From: Rhodobacter capsulatus SB 1003
GTDB lineage: Bacteria > Pseudomonadota > Alphaproteobacteria > Rhodobacterales > Rhodobacteraceae
Assembly: GCF_000021865.1 (NCBI RefSeq)
Contig: NC_014035.1
Span: 1-32,000, forward strand
Direction of reading: 5' to 3'
DNA: 32,000 nt
Both the position numbers and the translations under genes were made by a program. Positions within the stretch are counted from its first letter, which is position 1. Every line of letters starts with the position of its first letter. Of this stretch, positions 1 through 8,502 are shown piece by piece. The notes under the pieces are model-generated. The model worked only from the letters and a program-made list of their open reading frames with translations. It ran no database searches and was not told the DNA's origin.

Positions 1-60
1 CGCGGGGCGCAGGGCGCCCGGCGAGGGGGAGGTCGGAACGGAAAGTGCGGGGGGTCACGG

Positions 61-801
61 TCAGGCCCGCGTCTGCAGCCTGGCCCCGAGGTCGCGGGCC
101 TGTGCCTCCAGCCGGGTGTCGTCGCCGGGCGCATAGGGCCGCAGGAAGTGGCGTTCGATCCGGCCCCCGATCAGCGAGATCAGCGTGCAAAGCGCGAAAT
201 AGACGACGAGGATCGAGCCGTAGACCAGATAGGCCGGGCTGCCGCCGCGCAGGATCGTGGTCTGTTCGATCACCACCTGCCCCGAGCGCAGCAGTTCCTG
301 CGCCCCCACCACCGCGCCAAGCGACGTCGCCTGCACCAGCGCCGTCAGCAGGCTGACATAGGGCGGAATGATCACCGGCATCGCCTGCGGCAGGGTGATC
401 AGCAACAGCCCCTTGAGCGGGCTGAAGCCGAAGGCCGCGGCGGTCTCGCGCTGGCCCGCGCTGACCGAGGTCAGCCCCGCCCGCAGGATCTGCGCGCCAT
501 TCGCCCCGCCCCAGATCGAGATCGCCGCACAGCAGGACCAGAACGGGTCAAGGTTGAGCCCGGTCATCGGCAGCATGAAATACACGAGCAGCACCGTGAC
601 CATCAGCGGCAGATCGCGCAGCACTTCCATCAGCGCAAAGCCGATCTGGCGCAGGATCCGGGTCTTGGCCAGCACCGCCGCGCTGATCGCAATGGCGCAA
701 AGCGTCCCGCCGATCGCCACGACGAGCGACATCTTCAGCGTTTCGATCAGCCCCGCGATCAGGAAGACGCGATATTCGTAAATCAGGTCCATCGGGGTCA
801 C
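61..801 (-). CDS. Polar amino acid ABC transporter permease (HisM/GlnP-type)
   Basis: 246-aa multi-TM ORF with the permease EAA-like loop (AAAFGFSPLKGLLLITLPQA). The GTG start overlaps the stop of the upstream permease (GTGA). An alternative ATG lies at 792. Confidence 0.9.
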   Translation of the reverse strand: MTPMDLIYEYRVFLIAGLIETLKMSLVVAIGGTLCAIAISAAVLAKTRILRQIGFALMEVLRDLPLMVTVLLVYFMLPMTGLNLDPFWSCCAAISIWGGANGAQILRAGLTSVSAGQRETAAAFGFSPLKGLLLITLPQAMPVIIPPYVSLLTALVQATSLGAVVGAQELLRSGQVVIEQTTILRGGSPAYLVYGSILVVYFALCTLISLIGGRIERHFLRPYAPGDDTRLEAQARDLGARLQTRA

Positions 802-1466
802 CGTGCCGCATAGGGGCGGTTGAGGCGTTTTTCCAGCCGCCGCCCAAGCGCCGAAACACCGAGGATCACGACCAGATAGATCACGCAGATCGACAGGAAC
901 ATCTCGATCGAGCGGAAATCCTGCGCGATCCGGTCCACCGCGACGAAGGTCAGCTCGACCAGCCCGATCGCCTGCAGATAGGCCGAGTTCTTGATCGTGC
1001 CGACGACCGTGTTGAGCGTGGAGGGCAGCGCCGAGCGCAGCGCGATCGGGATCACCACCAAAAGCGCATGCTGCCAGGGGCGCAGGCCCAGCGAGGCCGA
1101 GGCATTGCGGATGTCGCGGCTGACCGAGGACAGGCCGGCGCGGAAGCTTTCGACATGAAAGGCGCTGGCCCAGACCGTCAGCGCCAGCACGCCCGACCAG
1201 AAGATCGACAGTTTCACGCCAAGGCTGGGCAGGCCGTAGAAGATGAAGAAGATCTGAACCAGATAGGGCGTGCCGCGGATGAACTCGACATAGGCCGCCA
1301 CCGCCCAGGCCGCGGGCCGCAGCCGCGAGACGCGCAACACGCAGCCGATCGCCCCGAGCGTCAGCGAAAGGAGGATCGCCAGGCCGCTGACCAGCAGCGT
1401 CATGCCCAGACCTCGCATCAGGTCCGGCCCGGCGTTCAGGATATAGGCCCAGTCAAGAAAGCTCAT
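798..1466 (-). CDS. Polar amino acid ABC transporter permease
   Basis: 222-aa multi-TM ORF of the same family (ASASLGLRPWQHALLVVIPIALR). ATG at 1464-1466. Confidence 0.9.
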   Translation of the reverse strand: MSFLDWAYILNAGPDLMRGLGMTLLVSGLAILLSLTLGAIGCVLRVSRLRPAAWAVAAYVEFIRGTPYLVQIFFIFYGLPSLGVKLSIFWSGVLALTVWASAFHVESFRAGLSSVSRDIRNASASLGLRPWQHALLVVIPIALRSALPSTLNTVVGTIKNSAYLQAIGLVELTFVAVDRIAQDFRSIEMFLSICVIYLVVILGVSALGRRLEKRLNRPYAAR

Positions 1467-1494
1467 CGTCGGTCCGATGCATGAGAAGGAACGG

Positions 1495-1520
1495 GCGGGC
1501 CGGAGAAGACCCCGGCCCGC
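1495..1520 (-). other. Intercistronic GC-rich stem-loop between the binding-protein and permease genes
   Basis: Perfect 9-bp arms gcgggccgg (1495-1503) and ccggcccgc (1512-1520) with an 8-nt loop, no U-run. Placement matches mRNA-stabilising hairpins downstream of ABC binding-protein genes. Confidence 0.4.
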
Positions 1521-1526
1521 AGAGGA

Positions 1527-2363
1527 TCACAGCTGCGGCGGCGCTTCGAGGAAGCCGCGTTTCATCACCTCGGCCACGGCGGGTTCCTTGACGAATTCGG
1601 GGATCACCCGCTCATAGAACCCGTCCTTGCGCAGTTCGTCCAGCGCGGCATCGACAAAGGCCTTCAGCTCGGGCTCGTTCTTGCGCAGGCCGATGCCGTT
1701 CACGCCCAGGTCGAGCCCCTCTTCCACCACGCGCGTCTCGGGATAATTGCCCGCCAGCGTGTAGACCAGCCCGCCGTCGCCGACAAAGCCGTCGGCGCGG
1801 CCCTGCTTGAGCGCCTGCACCCCGTCGGCGGTGGTGTTCAGCTGCAAGATCTCGATGCCGGGGATGTTGGCCTCGAGCCATTTGATCTGCGTCGCGCCCT
1901 TGACCACGATGACGGTCTTGCCCGACAGGTCCGCAAGCGTCTTCACCGGGCTGTCGGCCGGAACGAGCACGTTCGAGCTGCCCCAGAAATAGATGTCGGA
2001 ATAGTCGATCACGTCCATCCGCGCCGGGGTCCGGCCCAGCGTCGCCAGGATGAGGTCAAGCTTGCCGGAATTGAGCGAGGGGATCCGCGCCTCGGAGGTG
2101 ACGCAGGAAAGCTCTGCCCCCGCTTCCGAACCGAAGGCGAATGTGCCGATCTTCCGGGCCATCTCGATCTCGATGCCGAGCGGCTTGCCGTCGGGGCCCG
2201 AGGCGCCGAAGGGCGGGCTGTCGCATTTCACGCCGATGCGGATCTTGCCCGCCTCCTTGATCGCCGCGGGCAGCGGCGGGAAGTCCTGCGCCTGGGCGGC
2301 GCCGGACAGGGCCGTCACCCCCGCCAGCAGCAGCGCGCCGAGGGTCGTGTTGACGTTGAGCAT
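1527..2363 (-). CDS. Amino acid ABC transporter substrate-binding protein (family 3)
   Basis: 278 aa with an N-terminal signal peptide (LLLAGVTALSGAAQAQD) and a periplasmic binding-protein fold pattern. Sits between the ATPase and permease genes. Confidence 0.9.
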   Translation of the reverse strand: MLNVNTTLGALLLAGVTALSGAAQAQDFPPLPAAIKEAGKIRIGVKCDSPPFGASGPDGKPLGIEIEMARKIGTFAFGSEAGAELSCVTSEARIPSLNSGKLDLILATLGRTPARMDVIDYSDIYFWGSSNVLVPADSPVKTLADLSGKTVIVVKGATQIKWLEANIPGIEILQLNTTADGVQALKQGRADGFVGDGGLVYTLAGNYPETRVVEEGLDLGVNGIGLRKNEPELKAFVDAALDELRKDGFYERVIPEFVKEPAVAEVMKRGFLEAPPQL

Positions 2364-2420
2364 CCGATGTACCTTTCCGTTGGGGTTGGTCGATTGGGGC
2401 CTGCCGGTCCTTCTGCGGGA

Positions 2421-3173
2421 TCAGTGCAGGATCTGGCTGAGGAACAGCCGCGTGCGTTCCTCGCGCGGATTGCGAAAGAAGTCGTCGGGGGCGGCGCTTT
2501 CGACGATGGCGCCGCGGTCCATGAAGATCACCCGGTCGGCCACCTGACGGGCAAAGCCCATCTCGTGGGTGACGCAGATCATCGTCATGCCGTCTTCGGC
2601 CAGCGAGACCATCGTGTCGAGCACCTCGCGCACCAGTTCGGGGTCGAGCGCGCTGGTCGGTTCGTCAAACAGGATGATCTCGGGCTGCATGCACAGCGAC
2701 CGCGCGATGGCGACGCGCTGTTGCTGACCGCCCGAGAGCTGGCTGGGATATTTGTGCGCCTGATCGGGGATGCGGACCCGCTCCAGATAGTGCATCGCCC
2801 GTTCCTCGGCCTCGGCGCGGGGGATGTTGCGCACCCAGCGCGGCGCGACGGTGCAATTGTCCAGGATGCTCAGATGCGGATAAAGATTGAAGTTCTGGAA
2901 CACCATGCCGACCTGACGGCGGACCTGATCGACGTTGCGGCGCTGGTCGTTCACCTCGACCCCGTTCACGGTGATCGTGCCGGACTGATGTTCCTCAAGG
3001 CGGTTGATGCAGCGGATCATCGTCGACTTGCCCGACCCCGAAGGGCCGCAGACCACGATCTTTTCGCCCGGTGCGACCGAGAAGCTCACGTCGCGCAGGA
3101 CATGCATCCGGCCATACCACTTGTTGACCTTGTCAAAGGTGATCCCGAGAGCCCGCGTCATTGGCAATGCCAT
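2421..3173 (-). CDS. Amino acid ABC transporter ATP-binding protein (GlnQ-like)
   Basis: Walker [10 protein letters not shown], signature [15 protein letters not shown], Walker [13 protein letters not shown]. The ORF-track start at 3218 is a TTG. ATG at 3173 or 3161 is more plausible. Confidence 0.9.
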   Translation of the reverse strand: MALPMTRALGITFDKVNKWYGRMHVLRDVSFSVAPGEKIVVCGPSGSGKSTMIRCINRLEEHQSGTITVNGVEVNDQRRNVDQVRRQVGMVFQNFNLYPHLSILDNCTVAPRWVRNIPRAEAEERAMHYLERVRIPDQAHKYPSQLSGGQQQRVAIARSLCMQPEIILFDEPTSALDPELVREVLDTMVSLAEDGMTMICVTHEMGFARQVADRVIFMDRGAIVESAAPDDFFRNPREERTRLFLSQILH

Positions 3174-3206
3174 CTCCCTGCAGCCGGTTGCGTCAGCTTG
3201 TGCCAA

Positions 3207-3219
3207 CTTGTCTGACAAG
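3207..3219. promoter_or_regulatory. Perfect inverted repeat CTTGTC-T-GACAAG, candidate GntR/HutC-type operator
   Basis: 13-nt palindrome in the A/T-richer divergent control region between the ABC importer operon and the asparaginase/GntR operon. A half-conserved second copy lies at 3337-3347. Confidence 0.4.
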
Positions 3220-3336
3220 TATTAACTTGATGCGGGCGCCGCCTGTCAACAGAAAATACATCTACGGATCATATTCACCTATAAGCCCGTATTTGCGTTG
3301 TTTTATCAGGTGGACTTGTGCAAATCACGCCTGTAT

Positions 3337-3347
3337 CTTGTCAGACA
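3337..3347. promoter_or_regulatory. Second CTTGTC-A-GACA motif copy
   Basis: cttgtcagaca lies about 50 nt upstream of the asparaginase-family start codon. The left half is identical to the 3207 palindrome and the right half matches partly. Confidence 0.3.
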
Positions 3348-3399
3348 TCATGGACGGCCGGGGCGCAAAACGCGACCGGCCCGGCATTGAAAGGACAAG

Positions 3400-4401
3400 A
3401 TGATGCCCCGGAACGCGCCCCCGCTGCCCCGAATCGCCGTCATCGCGGGCGGCGGCACGCTGACCGCGCTGGCGCTGGATCCCTTCGAGATCTGCGATTA
3501 CGGACAGGCGGGCAGTCTTGACGCGCAGGCGCTGATCGCGCGCTGCGGCCCAATGCAGACGCGCTTCGCGCTGCATCCCGTCCCCTTCACGCCGCTGCCC
3601 AGCTTCGACATGGGCCCGCCGCAATGGCAGGAGATCCGGAGGCTCTGCACGGCAATGCTGCAGGCTGTGCCCGATCTGTCGGGTTTCGTGCTGACCCATG
3701 GCACCGGCTCGCTCGAGGAGACGGCGTTCTTCCTGTCCTGCACCTGGGATCTGCCGGTGCCGCTGGTGCTGACCGGGGCTCAGCGCCCGGCCTCGGCGCT
3801 CGGCAGCGACGGCTACATGAATTTCTTTCAGGCCGCCTGTGTCGCGGCCTGCCCCGAGGCGGGGGCGCATGGCGTGCTGGTCGTCACCCATGGCGAGATC
3901 CACCTGCCCGCCGAGGTGACGAAGACGCTGAACTTCGGGCTCGACACGTTCCGCGCGCCGGTGCTGGGACCGGTGGGGTTGGTGACGGGCGAGACCGTGC
4001 GTTTTCATCGTGCCCCGGCCGCGGCGCGGCGGATCTGGCGCGTTCCGGCCGATCCCTCCGCGCTGCCGCGGGTCGACATCGTGCTGTGCCACACCGGCGG
4101 GGATGCGGTGGCGATCGAGGCTTTCCTTGCGGCGGGGGCGCGCGGGATCGTCGTTGCGGGCTTTGCCCCGGGCTATGCCACCGGCGTGCAGGCGCGCAGG
4201 CTGGAGCGCTGGATCAAGGAGGAGGGCGGCCTTGTCGTCATCGCCTCACGCGCGCAGGGGATGGTGATGCCCAACAGCCGCAACGACGGGCATGGCTTCC
4301 TCCCCGCCGGTCTTCTGAGCCCGCAAAAGGCGCGGATCATGCTGCAATTGGCGCTGGCCTGCGGGATGAAACCGCCGCAGATTGCCGATGTGTTCAGGTG
4401 A
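3400..4401 (+). CDS. L-asparaginase/glutaminase family protein (divergent active-site motif)
   Basis: 333 aa. Motif 1 is IAVIAGGGTLTA, motif 2 is LTHGTGSLEETAFFL (canonical HGTDT) and the conserved Lys context is EVTKT. An aaagga SD precedes the ATG. Confidence 0.85.
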   Translation: MMPRNAPPLPRIAVIAGGGTLTALALDPFEICDYGQAGSLDAQALIARCGPMQTRFALHPVPFTPLPSFDMGPPQWQEIRRLCTAMLQAVPDLSGFVLTHGTGSLEETAFFLSCTWDLPVPLVLTGAQRPASALGSDGYMNFFQAACVAACPEAGAHGVLVVTHGEIHLPAEVTKTLNFGLDTFRAPVLGPVGLVTGETVRFHRAPAAARRIWRVPADPSALPRVDIVLCHTGGDAVAIEAFLAAGARGIVVAGFAPGYATGVQARRLERWIKEEGGLVVIASRAQGMVMPNSRNDGHGFLPAGLLSPQKARIMLQLALACGMKPPQIADVFR

Positions 4402-4421
4402 GCCGGAACAGGAGTGACGAG

Positions 4422-5147
4422 ATGGAAAAGCCTCGGGAAAGCAACATCGAGCGCCTGCGCACCGCGCTTTTGGAGATGATCCGTGAGTTGAACCTGTCCC
4501 TCGGCGACAGGCTGCCCACCGAAAAGGAGATGGCCGAGCGGTTCCAGGTGTCGCGCCCGACGCTGCGCGAGGCGCTGAAGCTTCTGGAACAGGAAGCGGT
4601 GATCGACGTGCATCAGGGCAAGGGGCGGTTTCTGGCGGCGGGGGCCAGCCTGAGCATCGCGCGGCCGATCACCAAATTCGAAAGCGTCTCGCAGATGGTG
4701 GCCAGCCATGGCTACAAGGCGCAGACCCGGGTTCTGGGCTTTGCCACCGTGCCCGCCCCGCCCGAGATCGCCGCCAAGCTTGATCTGGCCGAGGGGGCGG
4801 CGGCCTTGCGCATCGAACGGCTGCGCAGCAGCGGCGGGCAACCGCTGATCTATTCGATCGACTGGCTGCCGCGCGATCTGATCGTGACGGACGGCGAAAC
4901 CGCCCCGGACTGGAGCGGCTCGATCGTCGGGCTGCTGGCGAAGCTCGACCGCAACCCGGTGGCCTCGACCGCGAATGTCATGGCGACGCTGCTGCCGCCC
5001 GAGGTCGCCGCGATGCATGGGCTCGAGGCTTTCGGCCCGGCGCTGCTGATCGAGGAGATCTGCTATGCCGCCGATGGCAGCCGGGTGATCTATGCGCTGG
5101 ATTATCACCGCGGCTCGGCCTTTTCCTTCAGCTTCGTGCGGAAATAG
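4422..5147 (+). CDS. GntR family transcriptional regulator, HutC/UTRA subfamily
   Basis: The in-frame ATG at 4422 is preceded by GGAG. The N-terminal winged HTH is LPTEKEMAERFQVSRPTLREALKLLEQEAVI and the C-terminal half is UTRA-like. The 3624-4421 part of the track ORF is an artefact overlapping the asparaginase gene. Confidence 0.9.
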   Translation: MEKPRESNIERLRTALLEMIRELNLSLGDRLPTEKEMAERFQVSRPTLREALKLLEQEAVIDVHQGKGRFLAAGASLSIARPITKFESVSQMVASHGYKAQTRVLGFATVPAPPEIAAKLDLAEGAAALRIERLRSSGGQPLIYSIDWLPRDLIVTDGETAPDWSGSIVGLLAKLDRNPVASTANVMATLLPPEVAAMHGLEAFGPALLIEEICYAADGSRVIYALDYHRGSAFSFSFVRK

Positions 5148-5159
5148 CCCGCTTGCCCG

Positions 5160-5185
5160 GGACGGGGGCTCATGCCCCCCCGTCC
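5160..5185. terminator. GC-rich hairpin between the convergent GntR and kinase genes
   Basis: 9-bp stem (5160-5168 / 5177-5185) with an 8-nt loop, overlapping the kinase stop codon. No clear U-run, so terminator function is uncertain. Confidence 0.3.
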
Positions 5186-6033
5186 GCCGCGCCGATCACA
5201 TCGGCGTATTTGTCCAGCAGCCAGACCGGGATCGGGATGAGCGGCTGCGGAAAACCGCCCTCGTGCTGACAGGTTTCCGCCGCGGCCAGAGTGGCCAGCT
5301 GCAAGGCCTCCGGCCCCGGGCGGTGCGCGCCGATCAGCGCGGCCAGAAAGGTCGCGATGAAACTGTCGCCCGCCCCGCAGGTGTCGCGCACCGCGATCTT
5401 GCGCGCCGCGACGCTGCAGACCGTGCCGCCGTCGTCGAAAAAGGCGCCGCGGCTGCCGCAGGTCACCACCGTGCGCCGCGCGCCCCGGGCGCGAAAGGCC
5501 GCAAGGACCGGCTCGATCGGCTCGGCCGGATCCTCGGGGCCCGAGGCGAAGACGAGGGGCACGCCCGCAAGCGGCAGATCCGCATGGCGGGTGGAGACAT
5601 CGATGCTGAACCCCACCCCCGCCTCCAGCAGCCAGCGCAGCAGCCCCGGATCGGCATTGGTGCCCAGATGCACCCAGCGTGCCGCTTGCAGCGCGGCCTG
5701 ATGCGCCGCGTCGGGCCGCCAGCCATCGCCGACGCCCAGATCTTCGAGCAGGAAGCGCCGGTCGCCATGATGATCGCGGATCAGCGTCACCGCGGTATTG
5801 CCCGGGCGCCGTTCGACATCGGCCGGATCAAGCCCGACCCCGGCCAGCGCGTCGAGGATCACCGCGCCCTCGGCATCGGGGCCGACCACGCCCAGATACC
5901 GCGCCGCAAGCCCCTTGCGCCGCCATTGCGCCGCGACGTTCAGCGCATTGCCGCCCACGGCCATGTGCCCCTTGGTCAGATAGACATCAAGGCAGTTGTC
6001 GCCCACGGCGATCAGATCGGAGACGACAGTCAT
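5170..6033 (-). CDS. PfkB-family carbohydrate kinase (fructosamine/ketose kinase-like)
   Basis: Start taken at MTVVSDLIAVGDNCLDVY (ATG 6031-6033). C-terminal PfkB signature DTCGAGDSFIATFLAAL. The start overlaps the stop of the upstream isomerase (ATGA). Confidence 0.85.
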   Translation of the reverse strand: MTVVSDLIAVGDNCLDVYLTKGHMAVGGNALNVAAQWRRKGLAARYLGVVGPDAEGAVILDALAGVGLDPADVERRPGNTAVTLIRDHHGDRRFLLEDLGVGDGWRPDAAHQAALQAARWVHLGTNADPGLLRWLLEAGVGFSIDVSTRHADLPLAGVPLVFASGPEDPAEPIEPVLAAFRARGARRTVVTCGSRGAFFDDGGTVCSVAARKIAVRDTCGAGDSFIATFLAALIGAHRPGPEALQLATLAAAETCQHEGGFPQPLIPIPVWLLDKYADVIGAADGGA

Positions 6034-6902
6034 GCAAGGGCCTTTCCGGGAGCGAGATGGGCCGCGATGGCCTGCATGTTGTGCCGCCACGCGCGCATCG
6101 GATCGAGCGCATAGCTGCCATCGCCAAAGGGTTCGAAGGACAGCGCACCGCGATAGCCCGCCTGCGCCAGATCCTGCAGATATTGCGCCAGCGGCAGCAC
6201 CCCCTCGCCCCAGATCAGATGGCCCGAGGGGGTGCCGTCGACCAGATGCACATGCGCCAGCCGGTCGCCGAACAGCCGCACATAATCGGCCACGCTGTCG
6301 CCGGCACAGGCCATCGCCACCGTATCAAGCACCACATCCATCGTTTCGGCATCCACCATGTCAAGCAGAAGGCGCAGGTCGGCGGCGCTGTGGGCGATGT
6401 TGCTTTCGCGCCGTTGCAGCGGTTCGAGCAGGCAGCGCAGCCCGCGGTCGGCGGCATGGGCGGCAATGATCCGCAGCGCCTCGGCCGAGCGGTCCCAGGC
6501 CCGGCTGGCGGGTTCGGATTCAAAGCCTCGCCCGGGGGTCAGGAACAGATGACGCGCCCCCAGATCCGCCGCGATCTCGGCCGCGCGGCAGAACCGCGCG
6601 ATGCTGGCCTGCCGATAGGCCTCGTCGCCCGAGGCGATGTTGATCGGGTAAAGCACCTGTTCGGGCGTCAGGCAGCGCAGCTTCAACCCGGTTTCCTCCA
6701 ACACCCGCCGCACCCCGTCGATCCGCGCGGCATCGGCGTGAAACAGATCAAGATGCGGCGCGATGCCCCAAAGCTCGATTTCGGTCATGCCAAAGCCCTG
6801 CATGGCGCGGGCCACATCGGCAAGGGGCCAGTGCTGAAAGCTGAAATTCGCGCCAATCAGCTGATCGGTCGACAGGCGCGGGGGAGGGGTCGTCATCTGC
6901 AT
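6030..6902 (-). CDS. Sugar phosphate isomerase/epimerase (xylose-isomerase-like TIM barrel)
   Basis: Start taken at MQMTTPPPRLS (ATG 6900-6902 or 6894-6896). Family pattern GFGMTEIELWG ... LLEPLQRRESN ... HVHLVDG. The longer track ORF to 7094 would overlap the lacI-type gene. Confidence 0.8.
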   Translation of the reverse strand: MQMTTPPPRLSTDQLIGANFSFQHWPLADVARAMQGFGMTEIELWGIAPHLDLFHADAARIDGVRRVLEETGLKLRCLTPEQVLYPINIASGDEAYRQASIARFCRAAEIAADLGARHLFLTPGRGFESEPASRAWDRSAEALRIIAAHAADRGLRCLLEPLQRRESNIAHSAADLRLLLDMVDAETMDVVLDTVAMACAGDSVADYVRLFGDRLAHVHLVDGTPSGHLIWGEGVLPLAQYLQDLAQAGYRGALSFEPFGDGSYALDPMRAWRHNMQAIAAHLAPGKALA

Positions 6903-7065
6903 CTCTTTCGGTCTGGGCGCAGCGGGGGTGCCGCCGCAACCGGAACCGGAACGGCGCCGATCCCGGATGTCTTGGGAAAGGATCGGTCGACTGCATGAGA
7001 GACCGATCTCACATCGATGTAACGCATGGCCGCCCCGGTCTGGCAAGAGGTTTTTGCGCCATTTC

Positions 7066-8115
7066 TCAGCAGGCGGAATCCGTCGCGGCCGCACCGCCTC
7101 CGGGCGGCGCCACCGATCCGCGCCGGATCAGCCGGGTGGGAAGCTGAACATGGCGCGGCGGCTCGGTGCTGCCGCGCATGCGCTCAAGCAGCATCCGGAC
7201 CGCCAGCGGACCGATCTGCGCGACCGGCTGCGCGACAACCGTGATCTGCGGCTCGGTGAAGGTCGCCAGATCGAAATCGTCAAACCCCACCAGCGAGACA
7301 TCGCGCGGCACCGACAGACCAAGCGCGCGCAGGCCCAAAAGCGCCCCCTTGGTCATCAGGCTGTCGAGGGTGAACAGCGCGGTGGGCGGATCGGGTTGGC
7401 GGAAGAGCCGGATCGTTGCCTCGGTCGCCTGCGCGACAGTGGATTGCGCCACCGCGATCAGCCGCGCATCAAGCGCGATCCCGTGATCGGCCAGCGCCCC
7501 CGCATAGCCCGCCAGTCGGTCCCGCGCGGTCACGATCCGCTGATCGTCGTGGATCACCGCCACCCGACGATGTCCGGCCGCGATCAGGCAGCCGACCGCC
7601 GCCCGCGCGCCGCCCGCATTGTCGACCGAGACACAGTCGCAAGGCAGACCCTCCACCGCGCGGTCGATCAGCACCAGCGGCACGCCCTCGTGCAAGAGCG
7701 CCTCCAGATGCGGGCGGGTCGGACTTGCGGCGGGGGCGACGATCACCCCCCGCACGTTCAGCGCGCGGAAGCTTTCGATCAGGTCGCGCTCCTGCGCGAC
7801 GCTTTCGGCGCTGCTGGCGATCAGCAGGCTTTGACGGCTCTGGCGCAGCTGCGCGTCGATGTCATGGGCGATCTGCGCGAAGAAGGGGTTTTGAATGTCC
7901 CCGGGCACGAAGCCCACAAGCGGCAATTGCCCGCCCCGCAGCGCCTGGGCGACGCGGTTGCCGCGATAGCCCAGCTGGGCCGCGATTTCGATCACCCGCT
8001 CGGCCGTCGCGGCGCCGACATAGCCATAGCCGTTGAGCGCCCGCGCCGCCGCCGCCCGCGACACGTTTGCGGCAGCGGCGATATCCTTGAGCGTCACGGT
8101 TTTTCTGGGGGCCAT
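7066..8115 (-). CDS. LacI family transcriptional regulator
   Basis: 349 aa. N-terminal HTH is VTLKDIAAAANVSRAAAARALNGYGYV and the body is periplasmic-binding-protein-like. Confidence 0.9.
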   Translation of the reverse strand: MAPRKTVTLKDIAAAANVSRAAAARALNGYGYVGAATAERVIEIAAQLGYRGNRVAQALRGGQLPLVGFVPGDIQNPFFAQIAHDIDAQLRQSRQSLLIASSAESVAQERDLIESFRALNVRGVIVAPAASPTRPHLEALLHEGVPLVLIDRAVEGLPCDCVSVDNAGGARAAVGCLIAAGHRRVAVIHDDQRIVTARDRLAGYAGALADHGIALDARLIAVAQSTVAQATEATIRLFRQPDPPTALFTLDSLMTKGALLGLRALGLSVPRDVSLVGFDDFDLATFTEPQITVVAQPVAQIGPLAVRMLLERMRGSTEPPRHVQLPTRLIRRGSVAPPGGGAAATDSAC

Positions 8116-8261
8116 TGCCGCCTCTTCCGGTGGAGCGAAACTGCCGGGCAGCCGCGTCTTCAGCTAACAGGGCCGCGGCGGAACTTTCAAGCGCAGAGGC
8201 CGACAGTCCCGGCGCCGCGAGGAGGTGCTGCCGGGCATGGGTGTGGTCCTTTCAGGCAAAG

Positions 8262-8285
8262 AAAAACCCCGCCGGAAGGGTGGGG
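8262..8285 (-). terminator. Rho-independent-like terminator after the small ORF
   Basis: On the minus-strand RNA: CCCCACC-CUUCC-GGCGGGG (7-bp stem with one C.A mismatch) followed by UUUUUCUUU. Confidence 0.4.
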
Positions 8286-8307
8286 CACAGGGCGGTCTGG
8301 GTGGGGT

Positions 8308-8454
8308 TCAACCTGCAATGAATGGGTCAGGCGGCGGGTTTTGCGCCTCTCGGGCGGCGGCCAGTTCGGCGGCGAAAAGCGCGCAGCGTTCCGAAAGGAT
8401 CGCGATCTGCTGGCGCAGTTCGGCGATGTAGGCGGCCGATGCGGCGGGGGACAT
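8308..8454 (-). CDS. Small hypothetical protein (48 aa), absent from the ORF track
   Basis: ATG 8452-8454 is preceded by AAGGAG. Product is MSPAASAAYIAELRQQIAILSERCALFAAELAAAREAQNPPPDPFIAG. TGA at 8308-8310 is followed by a terminator-like hairpin. Confidence 0.4.
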   Translation of the reverse strand: MSPAASAAYIAELRQQIAILSERCALFAAELAAAREAQNPPPDPFIAG

Positions 8455-8502
8455 GGAGGCTCCTTTCAGGGTCAGAAGTCGGTCTCGCGGGAATGCGCCC
8501 TG

